Shown here piece after piece: positions 39,578 through 48,894 of a stretch of DNA of 64,000 bases. Within the stretch, counting starts at the first letter, position 1; each line of letters begins with the position of its first letter. Both the position numbers and the translations under genes were made by a program. The stretch lies in assembly GCA_020852955.1 (NCBI GenBank), contig JADYZW010000022.1:10468-74467 (forward strand). Direction: 5' to 3'. Under the pieces are notes generated by a model. That model did no database searches, was not told the origin of the DNA, and saw only the letters and a program-made list of their open reading frames with translations. This DNA comes from Deltaproteobacteria bacterium (lineage in GTDB: Bacteria > Desulfobacterota > Binatia > UTPRO1).

Positions 39578-40741
39578 TCACACCCGCTCGTCCGGATCGA
39601 AGAGCTTACGATACTCGTCGAATGCGAAACGGTCGGTCATACCGGCGATGTAGTCGGCGACGACGCGCGCCTTCGGATCGGCGACCTCGACGCGCCGGCA
39701 CACGTGGGGCGGCATCTGCTGCGGCTCCTCCATGTAGGTCTGAAAGAGCGCGGTCATCACCCGTTGCGCCTTCACGGTCATGCGCGTGACGCGGTGGTGC
39801 CGGTAGAGGCGGTCGAAGAGCACGCGCTTGAGCTCGAGGTTGCGCTCGGCCATGCCGGCGCTCAATCCCGCGAGGCGCACGGGACAAGCGCGAACGTCGG
39901 CGAGCGTGCGAATGCCGTGCTCCGCGATGCGACCGAAGATCGCGGCGATCATGTCCGTGACCAAGCGGTCGATGATGCGGCGCACCGTCTGGTAGCGCTG
40001 GATGCTCTCGCTCGCCTCGCCGTGCTCGCGGCGGACGATCTCGCGAGCCTCGGTCCACAGGGCCACGGGCGCGAGGTCGCGCGCCTCGAGCATGCCCGAC
40101 TTCAGGCCGTCGTCGATGTCGTGCGAGTTGTAGGCGATCTCGTCCGCGAAATCGACGATCTGCGCCTCCAGGACCGGCTGTACGCCGGGCGCGAACCGTT
40201 GCACGAGCGGCCGATCATACTCGGACGAGTGCTTCACGATTCCCTCGCGCACCTCCCAGCTGAGGTTGAGGCCGGGAAATCCCGGATAGCGCTCCTCCAG
40301 AAGATCAACGATCCGCAGGCTCTGCGCATTGTGCTCGAAGCCACCGTACGGCTCCATGAGCTTGTCGAGTACGCGCTCCCCCGCATGGCCGAAGGGCGTG
40401 TGGCCGAGATCGTGGGAGAGCGCGACGGCCTCGCCGAGATCCTCGTTCAAGCCGAGCACGCGGCAGAGCGTCCGGGTGATCTGCCCCGCCTCGATCGAGT
40501 GGGTGAGTCGCGTCCGGTAGTAGTCGCCCTCGTGGTTGACGAAGACCTGCGTCTTGTACTCGAGGCGGCGAAACGCCGTGCTGTGGATGATGCGGTCGCG
40601 GTCGCGCTGGAACGGCAAGCGGAACGGATGCTCCGGTTCCGGATGCACCCGCCCCCGGGTGTCGCTGCTGCGGGTCGCGTACGAGGCGAGGCTTTCGCCC
40701 TCCCGGCGCCGCAGCTCGTCGCGCAGACTGTCGAGATTCAT
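39578..40741 (-). CDS. dgt: dGTP triphosphohydrolase-like HD-domain protein
   Basis: 387 aa. FQRDRDRIIHS, RLTHSIE, HDLGHTPFGH blocks of the dGTPase family. Confidence 0.9.
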   Translation of the reverse strand: MNLDSLRDELRRREGESLASYATRSSDTRGRVHPEPEHPFRLPFQRDRDRIIHSTAFRRLEYKTQVFVNHEGDYYRTRLTHSIEAGQITRTLCRVLGLNEDLGEAVALSHDLGHTPFGHAGERVLDKLMEPYGGFEHNAQSLRIVDLLEERYPGFPGLNLSWEVREGIVKHSSEYDRPLVQRFAPGVQPVLEAQIVDFADEIAYNSHDIDDGLKSGMLEARDLAPVALWTEAREIVRREHGEASESIQRYQTVRRIIDRLVTDMIAAIFGRIAEHGIRTLADVRACPVRLAGLSAGMAERNLELKRVLFDRLYRHHRVTRMTVKAQRVMTALFQTYMEEPQQMPPHVCRRVEVADPKARVVADYIAGMTDRFAFDEYRKLFDPDERV

Positions 40742-40845
40742 GAAGGGCTCGGAAGGCGACCACCCTACACCAGCCCTCCGCGCGGGTTCAACGAACGTTC
40801 CGGGAGCCGTGGCGGCGCGAAAGATCCTGACACGCCGGACGTCCT

Positions 40846-41142
40846 GTGTTACCGACGACCGTGCCTCCGGTGAGCCGGCCCGCCCATGCCCTCCTCCTCG
40901 CGCTCGCGTGTGCCGCGCTCGCGGGCCCGGGAGCGGCGCGCGAGCGCACCGAGATCCAGATCGACCACCTCGACGGCAGCGGCACGAAGACCATCGTCGA
41001 CGTGCAGCCGAGCGTCCCCGGAGTCGCGGACTTTATCCGCGCGACGCCCGGACCGATCCCGGCGCCGGGGGAGCTCCTCCTACCCGCGACCGCCACCCCG
41101 ACGCGCACCGTGGCGCCGACGCCCGTTCCGCGGCGCTACTGA
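40846..41142 (+). CDS. small exported hypothetical protein
   Basis: 98 aa, GTG start. Signal-like ALLLALACAALAGPGAA and strong third-position G+C. No recognisable domain. Overlaps the bcp 3' end by 7 nt. Confidence 0.45.
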   Translation: MLPTTVPPVSRPAHALLLALACAALAGPGAARERTEIQIDHLDGSGTKTIVDVQPSVPGVADFIRATPGPIPAPGELLLPATATPTRTVAPTPVPRRY

Positions 41143-41684
41143 CATCGGCCGGCCAGCACCGCGAAGACTTCCGGCACCGTGTCCTTGGGGCTCACGCCGT
41201 ACCACGCCCCCTCGATCCTCCCCTTCTCGTCGATCAGGAAGGCGGAACGCACGATCCCCATGTACCTGCGCCCGTACATCGATTTCTCGCCCCAGACGCC
41301 GAACGCCGAGGCGACGGCGTGGTCTTCGTCGGCGAGCAGCGGAAACCCGAGCCCGTACTTGGCGTCGAACTTCTGCTGGGCCGACGGCTTGTCCGGGCTG
41401 ATCCCGATCGCGTCGACCGCTCGCTTCCCGAGCGCGGCGCGTGCGTCGCGGACGCTGCACGACTGCACCGTACACCCGGGCGTGTCGGCCTTCGGGTAGA
41501 AGTACACGAGCACCTTCCGCCCCCTGTGGTCGGCGAGATTGTACAGCACGCCGGTCTGATCGGTCAGCGCAAAGGCCGGCGCCTTGTCGCCCGGCGCGAG
41601 CGCTCCCCGGGTCGCCGCCCTGGCCTTCGGCTTCTTCGCGGCGGCGCGCGCGCGCTTCTTCTCTGGACCCTTCTTCGTCGCCAT
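41136..41684 (-). CDS. bcp: thiol peroxidase Bcp (peroxiredoxin) with Lys-rich N-terminal tail
   Basis: 182 aa. GDKAPAFAL..., and the peroxidatic Cys in YFYPKADTPGCT. Confidence 0.9.
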   Translation of the reverse strand: MATKKGPEKKRARAAAKKPKARAATRGALAPGDKAPAFALTDQTGVLYNLADHRGRKVLVYFYPKADTPGCTVQSCSVRDARAALGKRAVDAIGISPDKPSAQQKFDAKYGLGFPLLADEDHAVASAFGVWGEKSMYGRRYMGIVRSAFLIDEKGRIEGAWYGVSPKDTVPEVFAVLAGRCQ

Positions 41685-41806
41685 TCCCTCGCTCCTCTGC
41701 CTACGATCCGCGTCGTCGCATGCCGTGCGCTACGTGTAGCATCGGGATCCTGATCGGCAAGCGGAAGCCGGGTTGACTCGTCGGACAGGGCGCGTAGCCT
41801 CGGTGC

Positions 41807-42124
41807 GTGCGGTCACCCCGACGTGCGATCGTCGTCGCGGGGCTCGTCGCCTCGCTGCTCGGCGTCTGGACCCTCGACCTCGCGGCGCACCACGCGCGCG
41901 TCGAAAGCGGCGGCGCGAGCCGGACCGACGGCGTCTCGACCTGGATCGCCGGCGACGCCGGCATCCTCCTGCGCCTCGTTCGGATATGCCCGCCGAGCCC
42001 GACGGTCGCCGCCGTGGCCGCGCCCCCTCCCTGCGGCGCCGATGCCCCCTGGCGTGCGACCGCGATCGCGCCGCCGCGCGGCGGTCCGCCGCTCTACAGG
42101 CTCCTGCGCGTGTACCGGCTGTAG
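41807..42124 (+). CDS. hypothetical small membrane/exported protein
   Basis: 105 aa, GTG start. One hydrophobic helix (AIVVAGLVASLLGVW). Codon third positions are mostly G/C. No homology recognised. Confidence 0.35.
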   Translation: MRSPRRAIVVAGLVASLLGVWTLDLAAHHARVESGGASRTDGVSTWIAGDAGILLRLVRICPPSPTVAAVAAPPPCGADAPWRATAIAPPRGGPPLYRLLRVYRL

Positions 42125-42196
42125 CCCCGGCGCTCCCCCGGCCGTCGTCACGTCCGGCGCCGCCCACGCGCGCGCCACCAGGGAGGAAGAGCCGCC

Positions 42197-42388
42197 ATGT
42201 CCGGTAGCCCGAAGGATCGCCATGCGCCCGTCGATCGCCCGCTTGCGGCGCCGGTGGACGCGATTCTCCTGAACGTCGTCTGGATCGTCGACCATCTCGA
42301 TCGCCGGGCGCTCGCCGAGCTCGGCGAGGTGCCGGTCCTCGAGCTCGCCAAGCACGTGTCGATCACCCGCACGCGGCGCGCGCCCTGA
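42197..42388 (+). CDS. hypothetical 63-aa protein with a possible HTH segment
   Basis: GGGAGGA lies 9 nt upstream of the ATG and GC3 is high. The segment LGEVPVLELAKHVSITRTR resembles a winged-helix recognition region. Confidence 0.35.
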   Translation: MSGSPKDRHAPVDRPLAAPVDAILLNVVWIVDHLDRRALAELGEVPVLELAKHVSITRTRRAP

Positions 42389-42491
42389 CGGCCGGGACGG
42401 CACCCCTCCGGGCCGTGATCGTCCTCCGGGCGCACCCGTGAGCGGCCCCCGGACAGGCGACGCGCGCCCCAGCGGCCGATAGTATCCCCGC

Positions 42492-44552
42492 ATGCACGAT
42501 GCCCACGAGTTCCTGCGCTCCCTGACCGTCGTCCTGGGGGTCGCCGCGGTGACGACCGTCGTCTTCCAGCGCCTGCGTCAGCCGGTCGTGCTCGGGTACA
42601 TCGTCGCAGGCCTCATCGTCGGGCCACACGTCTCCATCCCCCTCGTGGCCGACCGCGCCGTCGTGCAGGCGCTCTCCGAGCTCGGCGTCATCCTGCTGAT
42701 GTTCTCGCTCGGACTCGAGTTCAGCCTCGGCAAGCTGGCGCGCGTCGGTCCGACGGCGGGCGTCACCGCGGTCCTCCAGTCGGGACTCATGGCGTGGCTC
42801 GGCTTCCTCGTCGGACGCTTCTTCGGCTGGACGGTGCTCGAAAGCATCTTCATCGGCGCGGCGATCGCGATCTCCAGCACGACGATCATCGCCAAGGTGT
42901 TCGACGAGCGCGGCATCGGTGGGCGGCAACGCGAGCTCGTCGTCGGCATCCTGCTGATCCAGGATCTGGTCGCGATCGTGTTCATGGCCGCCCTGACGGC
43001 GATCGCCACGGGGGCGGGGCTCTCCGCGACGGCCCTCGTCGCCACCGTCGGCAAGCTCGCGGCCTTCCTCCTCGCGCTCCTGGTCGTCGGCATGGCGACG
43101 ATCCCGCGGTTCGTACGCCTGGTGATCGGACTCGAACGCGACGAGACGACGCTCGTCGCCAGCATCGGTATCTGCTTCCTGACCGCGTGGGTGGCGCACG
43201 CCTTCGGCTATTCCGTCGCGCTCGGCGCGTTCCTCGCCGGATCGCTCGTCGCGGAGTCCGGCCACGCCGAACCGATCGAGCGCCTGGTCCGCCCGGTGAG
43301 GGACATGTTCGCCGCCGTGTTCTTCGTGTCGGTCGGCATCCTGATCGACCCGGCCATGGTGCTCGCGAACACGAGCGCGGTCGCCGTGCTCACCACGGTC
43401 GTGATCGTGGGCAACATCGTCGGGGTCACGACCGGCGCGTTCCTCACGGGGAGCAGCACGCGAACCGCGATCCAGGCCGGAATGAGCCTGGCGCAGATCG
43501 GCGAGTTTTCCTTCATCATCGCCGGGCTCGGACTGACGCTCGGCGCCACCCGCGAGTTCGTCTACCCGGTCGCAGTCGCCGTATCCGCGATCACGACCCT
43601 CACCACCCCCTGGCTCATCACCGCCGCCGAGCCGGCCGCCGACTGGGTCGATCGGAAGCTGCCCGCGCCGCTCCAGACGTTCACCACCTTCTACGGCACC
43701 TGGCTGGAGCGCATGCGCGAATCGTCGGCCCGGCGGTCGGGGAGCGAACTGCGCGGGCTCCTGCGCCTGATCGCGGTCGACGCCGCGCTCCTCTGCGGGC
43801 TCATCGTGGCGACCGCGCTCTGGATCGACGACGGGGCCGAGTTCCTGGGCCGCTGGCTCGGCCTCGACGCCGCAGCCGCCGCCCGCGTCGAGATCGGGGC
43901 GGCCATCGCCGCCTCCCTGCCATTCGTGGTCGGCATCGGCCGATTGTCCCGGCGACTCGCCGGATCGCTCGCGGAGTCGGCGCTCCCGCGCGGCCAGAGC
44001 ACCCTCGATCTCGACGCCGCGCCCCGACGCGCGCTCATCGTGACCCTGCAGCTCGGCATCCTTCTCGGCGCGGCCGTCGTGGTGATCACGGTCACGCAGC
44101 CCTTCCTGCCGAGCTATCCGGGTCCGATCCTGCTGCTCACGCTGCTCGCCGCCTTCGGCCTCGCCCTCTGGCAGAGCGCCACCAACCTCCAGGGCCACGT
44201 CCGCGCCGGCGCGCAGGCGATCGTCGAGGCGCTCACGAGCTATGCCCGCCGCAGCGGCGGTGCCACGACGGCTCCGCCCGCCCTCACCAACATCCACGCC
44301 ATGCTGGCCGGGCTCGGCGAGCCGGTCGCCGTGCGCCTCGACGACGTGAGCCCCGGCGTCGGCCGAACCCTCGCGGAATTGAACCTGCGTGGCCGGACCG
44401 GCGCCTCGGTGCTGGTCATCATGCGCGCCGGCCTCCCGGTCGTGCCGACCGCGAGCGAGCGACTCGCATCCGGCGACGTCCTCGCCGTCGCCGGCACCCG
44501 TGGCGCCATCGCGAGCGCGACCACGATGCTGCGCGGAGAGGCGACCCGCTAG
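42492..44552 (+). CDS. cation:proton antiporter (CPA2/Kef-type) with C-terminal RCK_C (TrkA-C) domain
   Basis: 686 aa, about 12 TM helices (LGYIVAGLIVGP...). C-terminal LAELNLRGRTGASVLVI...GDVLAVAG. Confidence 0.88.
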   Translation: MHDAHEFLRSLTVVLGVAAVTTVVFQRLRQPVVLGYIVAGLIVGPHVSIPLVADRAVVQALSELGVILLMFSLGLEFSLGKLARVGPTAGVTAVLQSGLMAWLGFLVGRFFGWTVLESIFIGAAIAISSTTIIAKVFDERGIGGRQRELVVGILLIQDLVAIVFMAALTAIATGAGLSATALVATVGKLAAFLLALLVVGMATIPRFVRLVIGLERDETTLVASIGICFLTAWVAHAFGYSVALGAFLAGSLVAESGHAEPIERLVRPVRDMFAAVFFVSVGILIDPAMVLANTSAVAVLTTVVIVGNIVGVTTGAFLTGSSTRTAIQAGMSLAQIGEFSFIIAGLGLTLGATREFVYPVAVAVSAITTLTTPWLITAAEPAADWVDRKLPAPLQTFTTFYGTWLERMRESSARRSGSELRGLLRLIAVDAALLCGLIVATALWIDDGAEFLGRWLGLDAAAAARVEIGAAIAASLPFVVGIGRLSRRLAGSLAESALPRGQSTLDLDAAPRRALIVTLQLGILLGAAVVVITVTQPFLPSYPGPILLLTLLAAFGLALWQSATNLQGHVRAGAQAIVEALTSYARRSGGATTAPPALTNIHAMLAGLGEPVAVRLDDVSPGVGRTLAELNLRGRTGASVLVIMRAGLPVVPTASERLASGDVLAVAGTRGAIASATTMLRGEATR

Positions 44553-44570
44553 CCCACGGTCCGGGCCCGG

Positions 44571-46373
44571 TCAGATCTCGTAGTACACCGCCCGCGGCAG
44601 CGGAGCGCCGAGCCGCTTCGGACACGTCGGGCAAAAATCGGTGATGTGCCCGTACGCGTGGCGAATCGCGAGCACGGTGCTGGTCTGCCGCACCGGCTGT
44701 TCGAGGAAGAGGTTCTCGCGTCCGAGTTTTTCCGCCAGACCGCAGTTGTCGAGGCAGGCCTGCATGCCGGGGCGGATGCCGCACAGGACGACGAGGATCC
44801 CGCGTGCCCGCCAAGCGTCCACGGCCCGCTCGAGGAGCGCCATGCCGACGGCGTCAGGGTTGCGCGCCCGCTTCAGGCGCAGCACGACGGCCTGGGTGTC
44901 GGCGTCCACGCGATCGCCGATGCTGTCGAGATGGCGTTCGAGACTCGAACTCGCGCCGAAAAACATCTCGCCTTCGAGCCCGAAGATGAGCATGCGACTG
45001 CATGCGGCGTCGCCCCGCTGACGCTCGTGGACGGTCCGCTCGGGCCCTACCACGAACTCCGTCAACAGCATGTTGCCGGTTCGCGGAACCGCCAGCAGGA
45101 ACGACATGAAGACGCCGATCAACACGCAGAACTCGATCGAGATCGCGAAGGCGGAGATCGCGGTCACGGCGACGATCGCCGCATCGAAGCGCGAGGTTCG
45201 CACATGGTAGCGGAGGTCGTGGAGGTTCACCATGCGCGCCGCGGTCAGCATCAGAAGGGCCGCCAGGGCCGAGCGCGGGATGAAGCGCGCGTACGGCGCG
45301 AACGCCACCATGATCAGCGCCACGGCCCCGGCCGACACCACCCCCGACCACTGCGTCCGCGCGCCGGCTTGCTGGTTGATCGCGGAACGCGTGAGTGATC
45401 CCGAGCCCGGCATGCACTGGAAGAAGCTGCCGGTGAAATTGGCGAGTCCCTCGCTGAGACACTGCTGGTTGAGGTCGAGCCGCTGGCCCGTCACCGCCGC
45501 GATGGCCTTGGCCATCGCGATCGCTTCGAGGAGCCCGAGGAGCGCGATCGCGAGCGCGCTCTCCGCGAGGTCGCGAAGGTACGGCGTCGACACCCGCGGA
45601 ACGTCGAACGAGGGCAGCGAGGCCGGGATGTCGCCGACCACGGCCACTCCCTGCGCGGCCAGATCGAAGCGCGCCGTCACCGCCGCCATTGCGATCACCA
45701 CGATCAGGAACTCTGGCAGCAGCGTCCAGCCGAGCTTCGCCTTGGCCCAGCGGAGCAGGAGCACCGTCACGATCGATGCGGCGCCGAGCGCAAACGTCAG
45801 CGCGTGGACCGGACCGCCGTCCGCCATCGTCTGCAAAAAACGCACGAGGAAATGGTCGTGCACGCCGCCGACCACCCGCAGGCCGAGCAGGTTCTTCATC
45901 TGATCGAGCACCAGGAGGACGCTCGCCCCAGCGGTGAAGCCGACGATCACGGAGTGCGAGATGTATCGGGTGAGGTCGCCGAGCCGCAGGAAGCTGATGA
46001 CCAGCTGGATCGAGCCCACGAGGAACGCCACCAGGACCGCGGCCTGGATCCGCTCGTCCTGACCCGCGATGGAACCGATCGCGCTCAGCAAGGCGATCGA
46101 GATCGCGTTGGTCGGACCGTTGATGAGCTGGCGCGACGAGTCCAGAACGGCGCCAACCGCGGTCATCACCACCGCCGTGTAGAGACCGTACTCGGCGGGA
46201 AGGCCCGCGATCATCGCATAGGCCATGGCCTGCGGAACGGCGACCGCGGCCACGGACAGGCCCGCCACCACGTCGACGCGCAGATCGCCCCAGCCATAGG
46301 CGCGCAGCGAGTCGAGCGCTGGCACACGCCGCAAGAGCAGCGACAGCCATGGGGAAGTCGTGGCGACGGTCAA
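44571..46373 (-). CDS. SulP-family anion transporter with STAS domain
   Basis: 600 aa. VAAVAVPQAMAYAMIAGLP signature, C-terminal STAS domain (MLIFGLEGEMFFGA). Confidence 0.9.
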   Translation of the reverse strand: MTVATTSPWLSLLLRRVPALDSLRAYGWGDLRVDVVAGLSVAAVAVPQAMAYAMIAGLPAEYGLYTAVVMTAVGAVLDSSRQLINGPTNAISIALLSAIGSIAGQDERIQAAVLVAFLVGSIQLVISFLRLGDLTRYISHSVIVGFTAGASVLLVLDQMKNLLGLRVVGGVHDHFLVRFLQTMADGGPVHALTFALGAASIVTVLLLRWAKAKLGWTLLPEFLIVVIAMAAVTARFDLAAQGVAVVGDIPASLPSFDVPRVSTPYLRDLAESALAIALLGLLEAIAMAKAIAAVTGQRLDLNQQCLSEGLANFTGSFFQCMPGSGSLTRSAINQQAGARTQWSGVVSAGAVALIMVAFAPYARFIPRSALAALLMLTAARMVNLHDLRYHVRTSRFDAAIVAVTAISAFAISIEFCVLIGVFMSFLLAVPRTGNMLLTEFVVGPERTVHERQRGDAACSRMLIFGLEGEMFFGASSSLERHLDSIGDRVDADTQAVVLRLKRARNPDAVGMALLERAVDAWRARGILVVLCGIRPGMQACLDNCGLAEKLGRENLFLEQPVRQTSTVLAIRHAYGHITDFCPTCPKRLGAPLPRAVYYEI

Positions 46374-46482
46374 AGGGCTTCGCGTCCGCGTGGGGTGCTA
46401 GCAGATTTGACCCGACGAGCGAAGGCGTCGCGACCGACGGCGCGGGAGAGCGGCCCCCGGTCGGAAGCCGCACCCCCCAACG

Positions 46483-47010
46483 TCAATAGATCTCCGTCGA
46501 TCCGGACGCCGGCGGCAGATCTTCGTCCCGGAAGCGCTCCTGCCGCGGCCGCTCGATCGGCTCGCGCCGCGTCGCGCGCATGATGGTGAAGCGGCCGAAG
46601 GCGAACCCGAGGTCGATGCCGTTCCCCGTCCCCGAAAGGGCGAGCGAGACCGATCCCCTCGTCACGATCTGTGCCCCGGAGGAGATCCCCATTCCCGCGT
46701 GCGCCTCCGCCGCCGCATAGTCGCCGAACACCTCGCCGATGTCGGCCACCGGCGAGAAGTCCCCCGTTCCGCCGACGATCTTGGAGCGCCCGAACGTGAG
46801 GCCCCCACCCCGCGTCTCGAGGCGTACGCGGACCTCTTGCCCGTTGTCGCACCGCACGATGCCGCTGCCGTCCGCCGCCTTGTAGAAGACGGACCATCCC
46901 TCCAGCGTGAAGGTCAGATCGCACGCCGTGAGAGCCGCGGCCGGGTCCGCCGCCGTCATCACGACGAGGACCGCCAGCGGCCCGCTCCAGCCTCCCAAGC
47001 CGATCCTCAT
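46483..47010 (-). CDS. exported hypothetical protein
   Basis: 175 aa. Signal-like N-terminus (PLAVLVVMTAADPAAA) and a Gly-rich beta-type sequence. No domain recognised. Confidence 0.5.
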   Translation of the reverse strand: MRIGLGGWSGPLAVLVVMTAADPAAALTACDLTFTLEGWSVFYKAADGSGIVRCDNGQEVRVRLETRGGGLTFGRSKIVGGTGDFSPVADIGEVFGDYAAAEAHAGMGISSGAQIVTRGSVSLALSGTGNGIDLGFAFGRFTIMRATRREPIERPRQERFRDEDLPPASGSTEIY

Positions 47011-47092
47011 CGTCGCCTCCTCGACGGCCTACCCGCCTGCTGCGATCGCCGTCGAGCCGATCGCCTCGCCAATCCATCCCTCCCGAGAGAAG

Positions 47093-47166
47093 TGCCCCCG
47101 GCGCGATTCGAACGCACGGCCCCAGGATTAGGAATCCTGTGCTCTATCCACCTGAGCTACGGGGGC
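47093..47166 (-). tRNA. tRNA-Arg (anticodon CCT)
   Basis: Minus-strand read GCCCCCG-TA-GCTC-AGGTGGATA-GAGC-A-CAGGA-TTCCTAA-TCCTG-GGGCC-GTGCG-TTCGAAT-CGCGC-CGGGGGC-A folds as a canonical cloverleaf. CCA is not encoded. Confidence 0.93.
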
Positions 47167-47167
47167 G
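47128..47167. repeat. attL core (inside the intact tRNA, anticodon loop to 5' end plus 1 nt)
   Basis: ttaggaatcctgtgctctatccacctgagctacgggggcg, identical to 52760-52799. Confidence 0.9.
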
Positions 47168-47177
47168 AATAAGGAAG

Positions 47178-48278
47178 TCAGACGGTTACCGATTGCTGAG
47201 GAGCTTGTCCAGGATCGACTGTAGCGGAATCTGTAGCAGCAGAGGACCGGAAGGCCGCATTCAGCCTGGCAGCCGCCTCACGCAGATCGCCCTCCGCGAC
47301 GATGTGGTACCGATCGAACACCGAGCGCGTCTTGTGGCCTGACATCTGCATCGCGACTCGTTCCGGGATGCCTGCCCGGATCATGTTTCGGACTGCCGTC
47401 CTTCTGAAATCGTGCGGAATTCGGTCGGGTACCCCGGCGTCACCGCACGCTTCACGGAACCGCCCGTGGAAGGTCTTGATAACCTTTCCGTCTCGGTGAA
47501 ACACGAGATCGCATTGCGGATAGCGGCTGGCGATGTCCAGCTGGCCCTGCAGCAGCGCCGCCAGTTCGTCCGTAGCGAAGATCACTCGCCCGTCCTTGTT
47601 CTTCGTGGTGCCAGGTTCCAGCCTGACTACTCCAGCGTCCAAGTCCACGTTGCTCCACTTCAACTGTAGAACTTCGTCGCGCATGCGCCATCCCGTGTGG
47701 TAAGCGAACGTTACTGGCGCTCTTAGCCATTCTGGGAGTTTTGCCAACACCGACTCGAACTGGCTGCGCTCGAAAAACCCGGTACGTACGTTGTTCTCTT
47801 CCAACGTCGGAACGTGCGGTGCCCTCGCAAGAACACCGATTCGGATCGCAAGGTTGTACATCCTTCGAAGCGCAGCCAGCTCTCGATTGATCGTCGAGTT
47901 CCTAGCCCCTTCCGACTTTCGCTTCGCAATGTAACCCTGCACGTCTGCGCTCGTGATTTCCTGTGCCCTTCGTCCCCGAAAATGCGGGTCCAGATGCTTG
48001 TCGATACGGCGCTGGGCATCAGCGAGCGAACTGCGATCGTTGACGCGGTAGTCGTCTAGCAGCAACTTCTCCAACCTTTCGAACGTCACGCGATTCGCTC
48101 CGAGCAGAAGTTTTCCCTCTTCCACCGCAGCGAGCCTCAGCTTCAGGAGACTACGCGCTTCAGTAACGTCTTTCGTGTGCGCGGACTCCTGCTCTCGTTT
48201 CGTCGGACCTGGGTACGCAATCCACCAGATTCGACCCCTGCGGTACACTGATCCACTTCCTCGTCGATACTTAGGCAT
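47178..48278 (-). CDS. int: tyrosine-type site-specific integrase
   Basis: 366 aa. Catalytic set R (TGWRMRDE), HDFRRT, SGHK, DRYHIV. The stop codon lies 11 nt upstream of the tRNA 5' end. Confidence 0.93.
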   Translation of the reverse strand: MPKYRRGSGSVYRRGRIWWIAYPGPTKREQESAHTKDVTEARSLLKLRLAAVEEGKLLLGANRVTFERLEKLLLDDYRVNDRSSLADAQRRIDKHLDPHFRGRRAQEITSADVQGYIAKRKSEGARNSTINRELAALRRMYNLAIRIGVLARAPHVPTLEENNVRTGFFERSQFESVLAKLPEWLRAPVTFAYHTGWRMRDEVLQLKWSNVDLDAGVVRLEPGTTKNKDGRVIFATDELAALLQGQLDIASRYPQCDLVFHRDGKVIKTFHGRFREACGDAGVPDRIPHDFRRTAVRNMIRAGIPERVAMQMSGHKTRSVFDRYHIVAEGDLREAAARLNAAFRSSAATDSATVDPGQAPQQSVTV

Positions 48279-48852
48279 TCTCGCCTCTCCTTTCGCGCAG
48301 CGCCTTCTTCTTGAGACGCGGTCGATACTTGGTCTTCATGTAATCTTTCATGTATTTGCGTTTCTTATCCTTGTGCTTAATCTGTTGCTCTTTCGCGAGA
48401 CAATTGGTCGAACAGTACAGTTGCCTTCGCGTACTGATCACCGCGAATACACGGCGGCAGTGCGGACATCGCCGGTAAGGAAATGGATCGTCACGGATCG
48501 TGTTCAGCAGCAACACCGTCGCGTACTGCGGGTCCGCGACATACCGATCCGGATAGTCGACCCGCACAGTTTCCCGAACGCGATCGAGGCGAAGCTGCGC
48601 GCTGTTGGCTGGTGCCGCGAGGATCACCGCTTCGCCGTCCAGCAGGCCATTCAAGACGTCGCTTACGATCTTGTGGACCGCCTCGAACCACCCGCGTGGT
48701 AGACGGATCGAGCCGGATGGCAGCGACGCGCGATAGGCGGTCTCCAGCCGTACGCGCTCCTCGTTGCTGAGCTGCTTCGTAGATTCGACCGACGCCAGGT
48801 CCGCTAGCAGCTCCACCGTCTCTTCACTCGCGTATCGAAACCATCTCGCCAT
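48271..48852 (-). CDS. element-encoded Zn-ribbon protein (CGNR-like CxxC...CxxxC), unknown function
   Basis: 193 aa. RCPHCRRVFAVISTRRQLYCSTNC followed by a Lys-rich tail. Overlaps the int start by 8 nt and is lower in G+C. Confidence 0.65.
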   Translation of the reverse strand: MARWFRYASEETVELLADLASVESTKQLSNEERVRLETAYRASLPSGSIRLPRGWFEAVHKIVSDVLNGLLDGEAVILAAPANSAQLRLDRVRETVRVDYPDRYVADPQYATVLLLNTIRDDPFPYRRCPHCRRVFAVISTRRQLYCSTNCLAKEQQIKHKDKKRKYMKDYMKTKYRPRLKKKALRERRGENA

Positions 48853-48876
48853 GTGACCTCCGTTAGCTCTTCCAAA

Positions 48877-48894
48877 ACCATCAGTCCTGATGGT
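48877..48894. promoter_or_regulatory. palindromic operator candidate in the element's divergent control region
   Basis: ACCATCAG-tc-CTGATGGT, perfect 8+8 palindrome. It lies 25 nt upstream of the 48852 start codon, between the divergent genes. Confidence 0.4.
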
